DNA of 64,000 nt from Eledone cirrhosa (GCA_964016885.1 OZ024752.1:31124001-31188000); one strand, 5' to 3'. Numbered from the stretch's first letter, positions 27,901 through 41,570 are shown. The notes: a model not told the origin generated them from the sequence alone. Numbers and translations: made by a program.

Positions 27901-28987
27901 CTTATTATGAGTTATGAGTTTTCTTCTTTTGACACGTCTCCATATTTATCAAATTTCCTTCCCCATGTATTATTTAGCTCCTCTCATTGTAATTACACAC
28001 ACACACACACACACAACTTCGATAACTTTTGACCAATGTTGGCCCAGGCCATGTCTAACTTAATAGCAGTACCTGGTGAAGTCTTTCAGATTATGGGTTC
28101 ACAACCTAGTCATGTTTTAAGAAGACCAGTTCTTCCGTAATGTTCTAGCAACTAAAAGGTCTCAGGACGACGATATAAAGTTCTCATGACGATTCTCTGG
28201 TGATGGTGATGATATAATGTTTTATTGACATGTTTTTCCAAGATTTTACATAGGAACTTGAATCGCTGCAGAAAAAGAGGCCAATTTATTAAATAATTTA
28301 TACTTTAACCCATTTTGGACATAAATTTCATTGGAAAAACATAGAGAATTGTTGGCCTTAGTGACCTAATGATGTGCATGTTACCTAAAATAACCACAAG
28401 AAAAGAAATCAATCATTTTATCGATTTATTGATTGGTCCTTATTGATTGACTTTCTGCTTCTACTAATTCGATTGAAATCCTTTGCTAGGAAAGATTTAA
28501 AAAAAAAAAATTTTGAATTGAGTTGTTGCTACTGTCGACCCCCTCACCCAGTCACTGTGCCTTCTAAATAACAAGTGATATGAAGGACTATATAGTAAAA
28601 CTGAGTAGTGTGTAAGTTCTATGATGATAAGCTAGTATTGAGATAGGCTGAGGCTAGACTTCTGATGATAGAATTATATAGGAACTTAAGAAATTTAACC
28701 TCATAGAGGTATTTCAAATGGGAGGGAAATTTAACCTCATAGAGGTATTTCAAATGGGAGGTAAACAGCACCGCCAGGGAAGTCGCTGTTTTTCTCCCAC
28801 AATAAATCTGGAAAGGTTACTCTGCATCTCAGAGGCCAAAGTTTAGGTTAGTCCTTTTATGTTACACTTTTTTATTTCTTCAAAATTTATCAACTAAAAA
28901 TGAAGTTTTTCGACCATTTGGTAGAACTGAGAAATATGGTAACTATTGAAATATATTAAAGTGTTGTAAGGAAAGAAGTAAGGTATT

Positions 28988-29313
28988 CGAAGGTAGACTG
29001 AATAGTTCATAGGCTGATTATGAAGGCGTGATGCTAGAGCTGTGAAATCTTGCATTCATTAATTCCAACTCTTCTTATTAATAAAACTGCATTGTTTCTT
29101 TCTAGAGACTATGTTGAAAAATAAACCTCATTTGATCATTCCATGAGAGTATCTTGGTCAGCCTATGAACATTTCAGCCGACCAACCTCATTTAGTCATT
29201 CCATGAGAGTATCTTGGTCAACTTACGTTTACAGCCAACCCTCATATGTTGAAAAACTGGTAATTCCATGAGAGTATCTTGGTCCACCTATGAACTTTTC
29301 AGCCGGCCCTCGT
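28988..29313. mobile_element. Mariner-type MITE
   Basis: Degenerate TIR CGAAGGTAGACTGAATAGTTCATAGG / CCTATGAACTTTTCAGCCGGCCCTCG, with an internally triplicated right end. Confidence 0.6.
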
Positions 29314-29769
29314 GGACGGTAAATATCTTGTCTTTAAAGCGTGGAAATATCCGAGACTTCCCCCTCCTCCCCCTCAGTAGACAACTGATGAGGAACCCCC
29401 CCCCCCCCGTTCGTGCTTTCTTCTGAGAATAAGACTTTTTAAAAATGAAATGTTGGTATAATAAACAGACGTTTCCTTTCTACGCAGAAGACATGTGCAG
29501 TAAAACACCGTTTTCCTGAGTCAACACAGTGATTCATTCAAACAGTGTGTTTACTCAGTGTTTATTCAACAATCTACATGTTTGATTTATTCTTTTGAGT
29601 GTGTTTGAAGATCACCAAGGCGTGTTAGTTAAAGTCTCATCCTTAATAAACAAACATCTGTGCAGACTATAAGTACTGATATAATACGGCTACCTTTTAT
29701 ACTTACACACCTATGCTGAGCTGAATATAAATGCATGTTGTTGATTTATTATTATTTTCTTAAATCGTG

Positions 29770-30297
29770 CGGGATTATGATCCGAGTTCAAATCCTGCCG
29801 AGGTTATCTTTGCCTTTCATCCTTACGGGGTCGATAAAATAAAGTACCAGTAATGCACTGGGTCGATTTAATCGACTTTGCTCTCTCCCATAATTGCTTG
29901 CCTTTGGATTGGCAGTATCGGTTGAGGGTCAGACTCCATGCTTTGCAGCACAGTTACGTCCCTTTAGGGACTGTGTTCAAATCCCGCCGAAGTTAACTTT
30001 GCCTTTAATCCTTCCGAGATCGATAAAATAAAGTACCAGTCACGCACTGGGGTCGATTTAATCGACCCCCCCCCCCCTTCAAATTACTGGCCTTGTGTCT
30101 ATATAAGGAGCCATTACTATTATTATTAATTGAGCATAATTCTATGCTTTGCAGCATAGAGTTACGGCCCTTTACGGCCTGAGTACAAATCCCGCCGAGG
30201 TTAACTTTGCCTTTCATCCTTACGGGGTCGATAAAATAAAGTACCAGTAATGTACTGAGTGATTGCTGGCCTTGTGCTTACATAACAGACCATTATT
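29770..30297 (+). mobile_element. Cluster of three family A SINE copies
   Basis: Three successive B-box/core segments. Confidence 0.85.
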
Positions 30298-31671
30298 TTC
30301 TAAATTGTTTCCTCATGTATCTGACATTTTATCTATAACCTGTCATGTGAATCATGTGATATTTTTCTAGAAATCTGTAGCGTAATAATATTATTGCTAT
30401 GTATCTGTGATAACGTTAGTTCCATGTGATATCTGACTTCGGTAACAGATGTTCTTACAAGTCCTGGTTTAAATATGCAGCATGGTTTCTTTCCATTGAT
30501 TTGTTCTTAATCCTTTTGTGGAAAGTGACTTTATGTATGTATGTATGTATGTATGTATGTATGTATGTATGTATGTATGTATGTATGTATGTATGTATGT
30601 ATGTATGTATGTATGTATGTATGTATGTATGTATGTATGTAGGTAGTTTTTCATATCAGTGTCACATTTGCACTCTCTCTTTCTCTCTCTCTCTCTCATT
30701 CGTTGGAGAGAGAGAAAGCAACTGTCATGACAACTGTTATTATCATTCGACCTTAAAAGGGCGGTGGATTGGCAGTATCAATAGAGGGTCGGACGCCATG
30801 CTTTGCAGCACAGAGTTACGGCCCTTTATGGTCTGAGTTCAAATTCCGCCGAGGTTAACTTTGCCTTTCATCCTTACGTGGGTCGTTAAAATAAAGTACC
30901 AGTCACGCACTGCGGTCGATTTAATCGACTTTCACCTCCCCCTCCAAAATTGATGGCCTTGTGCCTATATAAGAACCTATCAGTATTCAACCTCAAACTT
31001 TCATGTTGTGGAAATGAAAGCCTGCTTGTTTGGAAGTGCGTGGCCTAGTGGTAAGGGTGTTTGTTGGACTTACGTTCTGAGTTCAAATCCCATCAAGGTT
31101 AGCTTTCCCTTCCATCGTTACAGGGGTCGATAAAATAAAGCACCAGTAATACACGAGGGTAGATATAATAATCGACCTTCCTTTCCTCCCAAATTGTAAG
31201 CCTCGTGCGTAGAGAGTCGGACGCCATGCTTTCCAGCATAGTCACGTACCTTTACGGTCTGAGTTCAAATCCCGCCGAGGTCTACTTTGCCTTTCATCCT
31301 TACGGGGTCGATAAAATAAAGTACCGGTAATGCACTGGGTAATTGCTAGCCTTGTGCCAAAGTAGAAACAATTATTGCTTGAATGTGAAGACTAATCTAT
31401 AATGGTTGGGTCTTCAGCGCTTGACCCTCTTTCGGTGTCTAATTGTGGCCTTCAAGTGTTCCGACACTTTCAACGCTGCCAAACCTAAACCCTCCATTAA
31501 TCAGTACAGGAACACTGATGCTATTTCTACTTCTATGTCCGGTTCTTTATTGTTCTTCATTTATTATTATTTATTTTGTGTGTGTGTTTTTGTAGCATTG
31601 AGATTTGATTAGCTCATAGGTGTATATGGCCCCAAGAAAGAAGGTGATGCCCCAAAATCTAACGTGGCTAC

Positions 31672-31673
<2 letters not shown>

Positions 31674-31719
<46 letters not shown>

Positions 31720-32145
31720 TGTGTGTGTGTATGTATGCACCACAGAGATGTGAGAGAAAGAAGGGGTGTGTGTGTATGAGAGATGTGAGAGAAAGAAGGG
31801 GTGTGTGTGTATGAGAGAGGTGTGAGAGAAAGAAGGGGTGTGTGTGTATGAGAGAGAGAGATGTGAGAGAAAGAAGGGGTGTGAGTGAGTGTGTGTGTAT
31901 GAGAGAGATGTGAGAGAAAGAAGGGGTGTGAGTGAGTGTGTGTGTATGAGAGAGATGTGAGAGAAAGAAGGGGTGTGAGTGAGTGTGTGTATGAGAGAGA
32001 GAGAGAGATGTGAGAGAAAGAAGGGGTGTGAGTGAGTGTGTGTGTATGAGAGAGAGAGAGAGAGATGTGAGAGAAAGAAGGGGTGTGTATGAGAGAGAGA
32101 ATGGGTGTGAGTGTGTGTATGAGATGAGAGAGAGAGAGAGAGTGT
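31674..32145. repeat. GA/GT compound minisatellite
   Basis: Repeated GAGAGATGTGAGAGAAAGAAGGGGTGTG. Confidence 0.9.
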
Positions 32146-34580
32146 GAGCCCGACAGAGAGTGAGAGCCGTGAAACAAAAAGGGAGAGAGTGGGACAAGAG
32201 GGTTGAAAGTGAGAAAGAGAGATTGGTACATAACCTACCTTGAGACAATTTTATTCTAAGTTGCATCTATATAAAAAATGTGGTTGTGAATTTATGCCAG
32301 TTGCTATATTCACTTCCTTTATTTTGTTGAGAGAGAGAGAGAGAGAATGTGTGAGAGAGAGAAAGAGAGATTGGCACATGGTTTGCTTTGATGCAATTTT
32401 ATTCTAACTTGCATTAGTATATAAAAATATGTAGTTGTAAATTCGTGTCAGTTGCAATTTCACTTCCATTACTTTGCTACAAGAGAGAGAGAGGGAGGAA
32501 AAAGAGAGAATATGTATTTGAAAGAATGAGGGAGTGAAGAAAAAGAGAGAATATGTATGTGTGGTAGCAAGGGAGGGGGGGTTTAAAAAGTGCGAAATAG
32601 AGGCACATGGCTTGCTTTGATGTAATTTTTATTCCAACTTACATCAGTATATAAAAATAGATATGTAGTTGTGAGTTTGTGTTAGCTGCTATTTCACTGC
32701 CATTCCCTCCGAGGTTAACTTTGCCTTTCATCCTTACGGGGTCGATAAAATAAAGTACCAGTAATGTACTGAGTAATTGCTGGCCTTGTGCCAATAGTAG
32801 AAACAATTATTTTGTTTCCTGGCGGTGTTACTTAATTTGTTTTCACAAAACATTACTCAACAAATACTTAACTTTGTAATTCTAGTAATAACTGTAATTA
32901 TCGTTTTGGGGGATACTTTCAGCAAGGAGCCATATCAAATAACTGAACAGTTTCCACACAGACTCGGTAGTTATATTAGTAATTAAGGTTTTTTTAATTA
33001 TAGTTTTCTCTTTTGACTCTCACCTAAATTGAATCAATTAAATCAGTCAGTAAAGATTGATAGCTGATCTTCAGTGAGGCACGTGTTAGTTTGTTAAGGA
33101 TTACAATTTCATCTTTGGAATCGAATCCAGCGATAACTTGACATCTTGCATTGGTAGCCTTCATCTGTCACCCTGTTTAACACAGATATCATGGGCCCTT
33201 GGATGCCTTTAACAGAGCCCACAATTTTAACAAACAATCGAATCCAGCAACAACGTGACAATATCTTGCATTGGTAGCTTGGAAAGCTATGGAAAGTCGA
33301 TTAAATCAACCTCAGTGCGTTACTGGTACTTTATTTTATTAACCAATTAAGTTAAAAATGTACATCCACATATGTATACTGAAATACTAGTATGCATATG
33401 AATACAAAAGGCCGGAAGATAGGTAAATATTGCTGATGAGTTGTAACAACAACGAAACTAGTTCAATATTCCTTGTCTGGCTTTCTGGAGAATAGAGGAA
33501 AGGTGTTTCCTCAAAAACCAGTATGACTCTAAAAACCGGTTTGTCTGTGTGTTTACATACAGAATAGCTGGACACTCACAGTAAAGTGACCAGTGAAAAA
33601 CTCGGTACATCTACATATGTATACGTGTGTGTATTCATATGCATACTAGTATTTCAGTATACATATGTGGATGTACATTTTTAACTTAATTGTTTAAGCG
33701 TCAGTCATACAAAAGTGAGTTACAAACGAAACGAAATTTAATTTCGTTTCGTTATTTGTTTTTATTTTATCAACGTTCTGATTTTAAATCCCGCCGAGGT
33801 TAGCGTTACTTTTCATCTTTACGGGGTCGATAAAATAAAGTAGCAGTAACGTACTGGGTCGATTTAATCGACTTCCACGCCCGCCCCCTTCCTTTCAAAT
33901 TGTTGGCCCTGTGTCAAAAGTAGAAACAATTATAATTGTTTTGACTTGGACGCCATCACTGTTCAAGTAAAGCTTTACAGGCCGCCATGTGGGTTAGTAT
34001 TTCATCATGTCAACAACTTATTGATAAATGACTAGTTAGTTAAATACTCCGGAAACTTTTAAATTAAATGAGAATCTAGTGGAAAATTGCGAGACTAAAA
34101 GTTTCAGCTTGCTAATACAAGGAACATGAGAAATCCTTTAAATTTGAAACTGCTAATGGTGTTACGGAAATATCTTAAGTGTTTGAGTTTGAGGAAAATA
34201 ATAGTTTAAGGGAAAACGTCACGCATGTTAGTTAGGCATATATATATTTCTTCATCAGAAATCAACAGCGATTTCATAATTTATAACCTACAACTTAACT
34301 GTAAATGATCTGGGAAAACCAAGTGAAAGAAACTTGGATAAACGCAATGATTATGTACTGCGAGAGAAAACTGCTTCAGATGCATGAGGCTGGTTTAATA
34401 ACATGTAATATATCAATAGTATTAATATTGATGTATGTGGCTGTTTTGATAGCATTTATTATATCAATAGCATTAATAATGATGCTTTTTAAAAAAAATT
34501 AGAATCATAGCAGATCGTTAATTAGAGAGAGAGCAAATCTGATGACGGTATCCCAAATATACCCATGGATAGGTATAGTT

Positions 34581-34870
34581 GAGGCGAGTGGCCTAGTGGT
34601 AAGTGTGTTGGACTTACGATCGTAATGTCGTGGCTTCGATTCCTGGACTGGATTGTGTGTTGTGTTCTTGAGCAAAACATTTCATTTCACGTTACTCCAG
34701 TATACCCAGCTGAAAATGAGTTCCCAGCAGCAATAACTGGGGGGGGGGTATAATTCTGCGATGGACTAACCTCCTATCCAGGGGAAAATCTTATACTCTT
34801 AGTCGCTTAACACCACGAAAACCGGGATAACCACCGGCTTAATGATCCTCCTAGCTTGGGAAAGACTTTA
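34581..34870 (+). mobile_element. tRNA-derived CORE-type SINE (family B)
   Basis: A box TGGCCTAGTGG, B box TTCGATTCC, CORE-like TGTGTTCTTGAGCAAAACATTTCATTTC. Relatives at 17090-17343(-), 18960-19155(-), 20448-20590, 36549-36765 and 42337-42555(-). Confidence 0.85.
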
Positions 34871-35174
34871 TAAAAGAGGGGCGTGCAACAGGCGGCCTGT
34901 GGGCCACAACCCAGCCCGCCAGACTAGTCAGAGTGGCCCGTGATGACCGATTTTAATTTTTACCTTGTAGGGTTATTTAGAAATTTGTTCGTAACCATAA
35001 TACAATTTTCTGTTAGTTGATCTATACTAAAGCACTTCCCTGATAGGGTTATGTGTGTTATAATTTCCCAGTTCCACACACCTTCTGTGACAGGTGGAGA
35101 TCCATATTACTTTACTAAACCCTTCCCTCTTTTGTTTTTCGTTTTCTTTGGCGAAGTTTCTTAGACTTGTAATT

Positions 35175-35300
35175 AAGATGGCCGCCTTTCAGTCATATCA
35201 ATTACGACTGTGTACTTAACTAAAACTTATGAATTATGGAACACTGAATCATTATTTCAGTGAGTCACTCTGCCAGTTTCTATGACGTCAGTTACTTCAT
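35175..35300. promoter_or_regulatory. Candidate enhancer: YY1-like, AP-1 and CRE motifs
   Basis: AAGATGGCCGCC (35175-35186), TGAATCA (35245-35251), GTGAGTCAC (35260-35268) and TGACGTCA (35283-35290), in sequence that is unique within this window. Confidence 0.4.
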
Positions 35301-35423
35301 TAGGTTCTTGAAGGTTGGGAGTACGTATTTACTTTATTTGTACATTCTTGAAGGGAAAATTCTGTCATTTTTGCCAATATGTGGCTCCTCTTGTGGCAAT
35401 GGGGTTAACCTTGGTTTAGAGAA

Positions 35424-35878
35424 GGAATTACAGAATATAGGTGTAGCTGGAATTATGGTAAGGATCCCTGGTGGTCGAATATGTCATGGAATTACAGAAT
35501 ATAGGTGTAGTTGGAATTATGGTAAGGATCCCTGGTGGTCGAATATGTGTCATGGAATTACAGAATATAGGTGTAGCTGGAATTATGGTAAGGATCCCTG
35601 GTGGTCGAATATGTCATGGAATTACAGAATATAGGTGTAGCTGGAATTATGGTAAGGATCCCTGGTGGTCGAATATGTCATGGAATTACAGAATATAGGT
35701 GTAGCTGGAATTATGGTAAGGATCCCTGGTGGTCGAATATGTCATGGAATTACAGAATATAGGTGTAGTGAGAATTATGTTGAGGATCCCTGGTGGTCGA
35801 ATATGTGTCATGGAATTACAGAATATAGGTGTAGTGAGAATTATGTTGAGGATCCCTGGTGGTCGAATATGTGTCATG
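35424..35878. repeat. 64/66-bp tandem repeat, 7 units
   Basis: Unit GGAATTACAGAATATAGGTGTAGCTGGAATTATGGTAAGGATCCCTGGTGGTCGAATATGTCAT. Confidence 0.95.
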
Positions 35879-36816
35879 CTGTGTCTTGGGATATGTAATT
35901 TACAATCCAGAGTTATAGTTAAAAACACTGTATAATTATGGAATGAAAGCCGTGGGGATTCGTCAATCAACTGAAATGTTGGTAGTTCGTGTCTTGTTTA
36001 TTAGTACAGAGCTGCATCCATGACCCAAAGAACTTAACTCTGTTGACGAACAATATACATACACACACACACACACACATATATATTTATATATATATGT
36101 ATGTATATATAATAATAATAATAATGATGATAATAATTGTTTCTACTTTAGGCACAAGGCCAGCAAATTACCCCAGTGCATTACTGGTACTTTATTTTAT
36201 CGACCCCGTAAGGATGAAAGGCAAAGTCAACCTCGGCGGGATTTGAACTCAGATCGTAAAGGGACGTAATTATGCTAGAAAGCATGGCGTCCGACCCTCT
36301 ACCGATACTGCCAATCCACCGCCCAATAATAATGATAATAATAATAATAGTAAACGTGAAGTCTAAAATCCGAAGAGGGCTCGATAAGGATAAATATATA
36401 TCAAATACATGAAAACCATAAAGCAAATATGTATGATGTTTATGATGTAGCTGGAATTGTATTTATGAGTTTCAGAAGATCCCGTTAAGGGTGAAAGCAG
36501 TGATTCTTTGCTTAAACTTTAATCTGTTATTTTAATATATATATATATAGGCGTGTGGCTGAGTGGTTAGAGAATTGGGTTCACAATCTTGAGGTTGTGA
36601 GTTCGATTCCTGGACCGGGCGATGCGTTATGTCCTTGAGCAAGACACTTTATTTCACGTTGCTCCTTCTACCTGGAGTTGCGACCGATAGATAGTACTAG
36701 CAACTGGAAAGACCTGCGGAAACATTGTTTCCTCGGTCCGATTTGACGAAAGTCGATCGTTCCTTTATATATATATAAAGCATTTTTCGAGAATAAACAC
36801 GTTTATTCAGTTAGCC

Positions 36817-36872
<56 letters not shown>

Positions 36873-36975
36873 ATATGGCTAACTGAATAAACGTGTTTAA
36901 TCTCGAAAAATGCTTTTTTGTTCTTCCTTTTATCACTCTGTCATTTCTTCTATTTCATATTTTCTTTCTCATTCT

Positions 36976-37013
36976 GTCTTCTGATGAAGGACTAGTGTCC
37001 GAAACGTTAAGCC
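36976..37013 (+). ncRNA. Minimal type I hammerhead ribozyme in a PLE 3'/pLTR remnant
   Basis: GTCTT-CTGATGA(36981-36987)-A-GGAC-TAGT-GTCC-GAAACGTT-AAGCC. Palindromic stem III (ACGT); stem I pairs 4 of 5 bp. Confidence 0.75.
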
Positions 37014-37130
37014 TTTTTTCCTAGTATATCAAGCGTTAAACTAATATATTTCTTCGTTGTATTGTGTCGTTTGCTATATATCTGTTTACCTTTTGCATAT
37101 ATATATGTGTGTGTATATATATGTGTGTGT

Positions 37131-37306
37131 GTCCCCAGGTTCAATCGGCGGTAACTACAGTAAGTAAGGTACTCAATACATAGCAGAGTTTATACAATAT
37201 TTAATATAGAAATGGCTTCTACAGGACTAGAACTGTTTCATTCGAAGAAAATCACCAGGAACTGATGATTTCCTTCGAATGAAACAGTTCCAGTCCTGTA
37301 GAAGCT
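37131..37306. mobile_element. Fold-back pLTR-like cassette (family P2) with head-to-head hammerheads
   Basis: Inverted repeat at 37215-37305. The + arm reads CTGATGA (37262)-TTTC-CTTC-GAAT-GAAACAG..CTGTA-GAAGC. The - arm reads TTC-CTGGTGA with the same downstream sequence. Embedded in TA/TG repeats. Confidence 0.7.
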
Positions 37307-37479
37307 ATATATATATATATATACATATATACAGAGAGAAAAAGTATGACCCCGACGGCAGAGCTCAAGCCGTTTCGACGGCTATTTCTGGACTTTTTCT
37401 TATTTCCCACTCTACTACCCTAAGTATTGAGTACTCTGGTGCGTTATGGTTGATCTGGTTCCTTACCACAATTCCTTTG

Positions 37480-37537
<58 letters not shown>

Positions 37538-37540
<3 letters not shown>

Positions 37541-38070
37541 TAAAGTTAGTCCTTCATCAGTGATCTTCCAACCATCATTGGTATTTCATCGCTTTAAAGA
37601 CCATATACCTCCGGTTGGTGCGAGCAACGGCTAAAGAAAGTCGTTGGGACACGTAAATAAGGGGAACGAGCGAGAGTGTAAACAAACAAAGATGGTAAAG
37701 CAACGAAAAGTGGGGAAGAATGAGTCAAGTCCCAGATTTCCATGAATATAAGTTCGGTGAAATCGTGAACGAGAGAGAATAAAGACCATCAAACCTAGTC
37801 GAAATGTGAGCAAGGAAGGAATTCCGCACAGGTCAAACGGGAGGAAGAAGGAGTCCAGTCCGTGAATTCGGTGAACATAAGTTCTGTGAAATCGTAGACG
37901 AGAGAGAGAGAAAAGGGGAACCAGCCTGGCCAAGCGTGCGAGAGAAAAGAATTACGCACAGGTCAAACGGGAGGAAATAGTAGCAGAGAGTGAGTGAGTG
38001 AAGGGTGAGGAAGAGGCTAACCGAGAGAGTGACTGTTAGAGAGGGTAAAGATACAGAGAAAGAGGAAGCA
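37538..38070 (-). mobile_element. Probable PLE 3' tail remnant ending in a truncated hammerhead
   Basis: The minus strand is pyrimidine-rich with an internal ~130-bp duplication and ends in CTGATGAAGGACTA (same start as the 36981 ribozyme), abutting (TA)n. Confidence 0.45.
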
Positions 38071-38590
38071 GTAAGATATATATATATATGCGAGAGAGAG
38101 GAAAACTTGTACAGCGGAAGTAGTGATCGAACATCGTCCAAGGACTTCGTTATCAACAATCTGTCCTACCTCATCTCCCCCCCCCCCCCATACTATGAAA
38201 CAAGAGGGTGTGACTATTTCCTTTCGTCATTTAAACAATAATTATTTGACCTATTTATATACTATATACTGGTGCCAACCGGTTGTTGCTATTGTTATTA
38301 TTATTTTATATTGTGAGTCGTTAACAGTAATTGGAGTGACATTATGAAAAGAGCAGACTGCCATTTTTACTTATGCTGGGTCACAGAGAAAAGAGTTTAA
38401 TACATTTTGGGGTTTGGTTGTTTCAAAGGTGTACTAGTTTTTTTTGTGTGTGTGTGTGTGTAATAGATTATGGTGTGATGATATGTAAATATACAGTTTT
38501 GTTGTTGTTGTTGTTGTTGTTCAACTCAAGATCACCTCTGACAGCAGACCTAACATCAAAAGCATTCCGACCTTGGCTCTTATATATACG

Positions 38591-38626
<36 letters not shown>

Positions 38627-39724
38627 TAAACGGAATAGAAAATGCTGACAAATTGTTCACAGTTGAAAAATGGTTTAATTAGGAATAAAAGAGTATTAGT
38701 GATTGTATGGGTTAGTATTCAGTTGTGGTTTTAAGTTTTTAAGTTTTCAAGTATGTATATATATATATATACATACATACATACATACATACATACCCGC
38801 TCTGCTTATTCCCATGCATAGAGTACTTTACTGGTCCCCCCCCCTCCCCACGGTTTCAACACTGCAGATACACACTCGCCCCCTTTCACCTCTTTCTGTC
38901 CAAACCAGCAGTAACATGCCACTCATACTCATGTTAAGGTATGTTCTCAAAATAAATAACACCAAAAGCTCATAGATTCGATATTGTGTGAGATAACTAT
39001 GTAAGATAAAGCCTTTACCACAAAAATACAATAGTATATATATAGAGTAATGTAAAAGCTAAAGGGTTAAAAGTGATAATATCAACTATTATAAAATAGA
39101 CTGTTCCATTATAAAACACGTTCCCTACATATGTAGTTCTAAGAAGGAAATATACCTGTCTTTTGCAATTTTGAATAATACATCGCAGTTGATGACGTCT
39201 TGCAGACACCTCCAGGTATTTCTCGGTGCAGACTAGCTAACAGCATTTTTTTTTTTTATATAATTGATTTTTCATACCCCGGAAGATGGCAACGTATTAA
39301 GAAATAAAAAAAACGTCATTCAGTTGTTCATTAATATTAAAACTTCCTCAATTATAGGCGCTTCTTTACTTTTGTGTGTTTTACACTTATGACACTTGAG
39401 ACATGAAAATATCACGTTTTTTTCTTGTGACGCTAAACTCCACCAGTTGCAGACTGTGCATCAACATGAGATATCTCTCTTCAAAGTTCTATCACCAGCA
39501 GCATAAATACATATATCTCATGCTTTATCTGTTATAATTGAATAAATGTATGTGATATATTTTCTATGGAAGAAACTTGGGTGTTGCAACTAATCATTTT
39601 TCGTAGAATTTTCCTTAGAACCTAACTAATAAAAAACAGTTCGTGAAAACTAACGCATATTCGCGGAATCGTAAATATCTTTCACGATTTGTATTATGGC
39701 TATTTCCGTGGTAATATATATATA

Positions 39725-40848
39725 TCTAATATATATTTGTGAAATGGGCGGTGGTTGAAATTCAAATGTGCACGGTTAAATGGTAGTAGACGTGGTCGGA
39801 CTGACATGAAAATTTACACACCTATGTAAAAAGTGCCAAGGAAGCAAATAGACGCGGTTTCAAATCTCTTACTTGAAAAATGTGGTCCCTGGGGCCCCAA
39901 AACTATCGCGTTCGGTGAGTTATTTCCCCCTGTTCTAATACTTTTGTCTTATTTACAATTTCATCATCCTTCTACATTTAACGATCATATAGTACCGTTT
40001 TATGAAATCGATTCTGCAGTACGGTCACTGTTTTCCATCAAAAGAAATAAAACCCTTGACGATACTTGGTTTTAGTGTCCTAAATTATTATCATCGACAT
40101 TCAATTATTAGCTCCACCCACTACACGAAGGTAAATGTTTCGAAAAAATTTTAAACTGTATATCGCAACAATATATTGTTTAAAGAAATTTTTTTTCTGT
40201 TGTTAAAAACTGTAAATCTGTTAGAAAAAAATGTATTTCGCAGCAATTTTCTTTGTTAAAAACTGTAAATAAATATTCATGTAAAAATGAAGCATAGTTT
40301 TTCTGTGAAAAACTGTAAATAAATATTTATTTTGTTCAAAAAATAAATAATCTAATTTTCTCTGTTAATATTTTAATAAATATTTATTCTAAAAATTCAA
40401 TGTTTTTTCGTGTAAAAATGAAGCATGTAAGAAAATGAACATGTAAAAATCAAGCCGCAGCAGCTGATGACGTGTCGTGACGTATCGTGTAGTGGGTGGA
40501 GCTAATATTTGAATGTCGATGATGATAATTTAGGACACTAAAACCAAGTATCGCCAAACCCTTAAATTGCGAAGAAGGGACGCGTGTTTTTATTTTAATT
40601 CTAATACATGTTAACCACCACTAACAGTAAGTAGTATTTTTCAAATTGCATATCATCGACATTGCTATTTCGCTGTTAATAAACAACGCTTTTCACGTCG
40701 CTCCACTTCTCATTGTACGCCGTCCAGCCCCAAGTGCATATTTTATTTTTTTTCCTGAAACTTCTTCTTTATAATAAACTTCAATAATATTTTTCAAATT
40801 ATTAACTTAATAAAAAGTGGGCCTGGGTGCAACCGGGATCAGCTGCTA

Positions 40849-40849
<1 letters not shown>
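39725..40849 (+). mobile_element. Non-autonomous Helitron-like element (contains the Merlin-like MITE)
   Basis: A|TCTAATATATAT start, imperfect GC hairpin CCTGGGTGCAACCGGG, then CTAG|T end. Confidence 0.55.
40058..40555. mobile_element. Merlin-like MITE
   Basis: ~70-bp TIRs starting G(G/A)CGATACTTGG. Perfect 8-bp TSD AAACCCTT at 40050-40057 and 40556-40563. Confidence 0.75.
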
Positions 40850-40887
<38 letters not shown>

Positions 40888-41090
40888 ACGCTAAATTATT
40901 AATAACAATATACCGTATTTGCCGGTCTATTGGACGCCCCTTCGCATACGACGCTCCTATTTTTTAAAATTATATTTTACGTTATATTTTGACTCTTATA
41001 GGCATTTTTATGGACCATGTCCAAAATTCGCGTTTTTTCACTCTTCGCATGTGCTCCCGTAACGTAACCCTCGCGAATACAGGGGGACAA

Positions 41091-41121
<31 letters not shown>

Positions 41122-41435
41122 GATAAATCTACCAAAAGTTTACGGTAGTGTCCAATCCGTATGAAGAACTCAATGTAATCCGGATATCATGAAAAGAAGA
41201 GATGCATTCAAAAATCACTTTCGGTGAAAGATAAACGGAAAACAGAGTCAAGATAAATTATTAAAAAAATAATGAATAAACAAAGAAACAGTTCCTTATA
41301 TTAAACAAAAAAAGTTCATTATTTTATGATCGTTTCTAGGACATATATGTGTTAGAATTGGTATGCATATTCAAAAGATCTATGTTCAAAATTATACAAA
41401 CTATCAGAGAATATATGCTGTCTTCAGAAATAATG

Positions 41436-41570
41436 ATTATTTCTGAAGACAGCATATATATGTGAAGGTATGTATATTCTCTCTGATAGTTTGTATAATT
41501 TTGTACATAGATCTTTTGAATAAGCATACCAATTCTAACACATATGTCCTAGAAACGATCGTAAAATAAT
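41436..41570 (+). ncRNA. Hammerhead ribozyme with a ~100-nt domain II insertion
   Basis: ATTATTT-CTGAAGA (41443-41449) ... GAAAC (41552-41556)-GATC-GTA-AAATAAT. Perfect 7-bp stem I, palindromic stem III ACGATCGT, GUA triplet. Imperfect stem II (CAGCATATATATGTG / CACATATGTCCTA). A mirror copy lies on the minus strand at about 41317-41435. Confidence 0.65.

Noticed and set aside
29385-29415. CTGATGA as a hammerhead (also about 18888)
   Set aside because: No GAAA follows the candidate stem II.
34581-34652. tRNA gene
   Set aside because: The A/B boxes continue into a CORE domain and no full cloverleaf forms, so this is a SINE head.
35261-35333. Plus-strand internal exon following the 5478 candidate exon
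   Set aside because: The required phase hits a TGA stop and the donor is weak.
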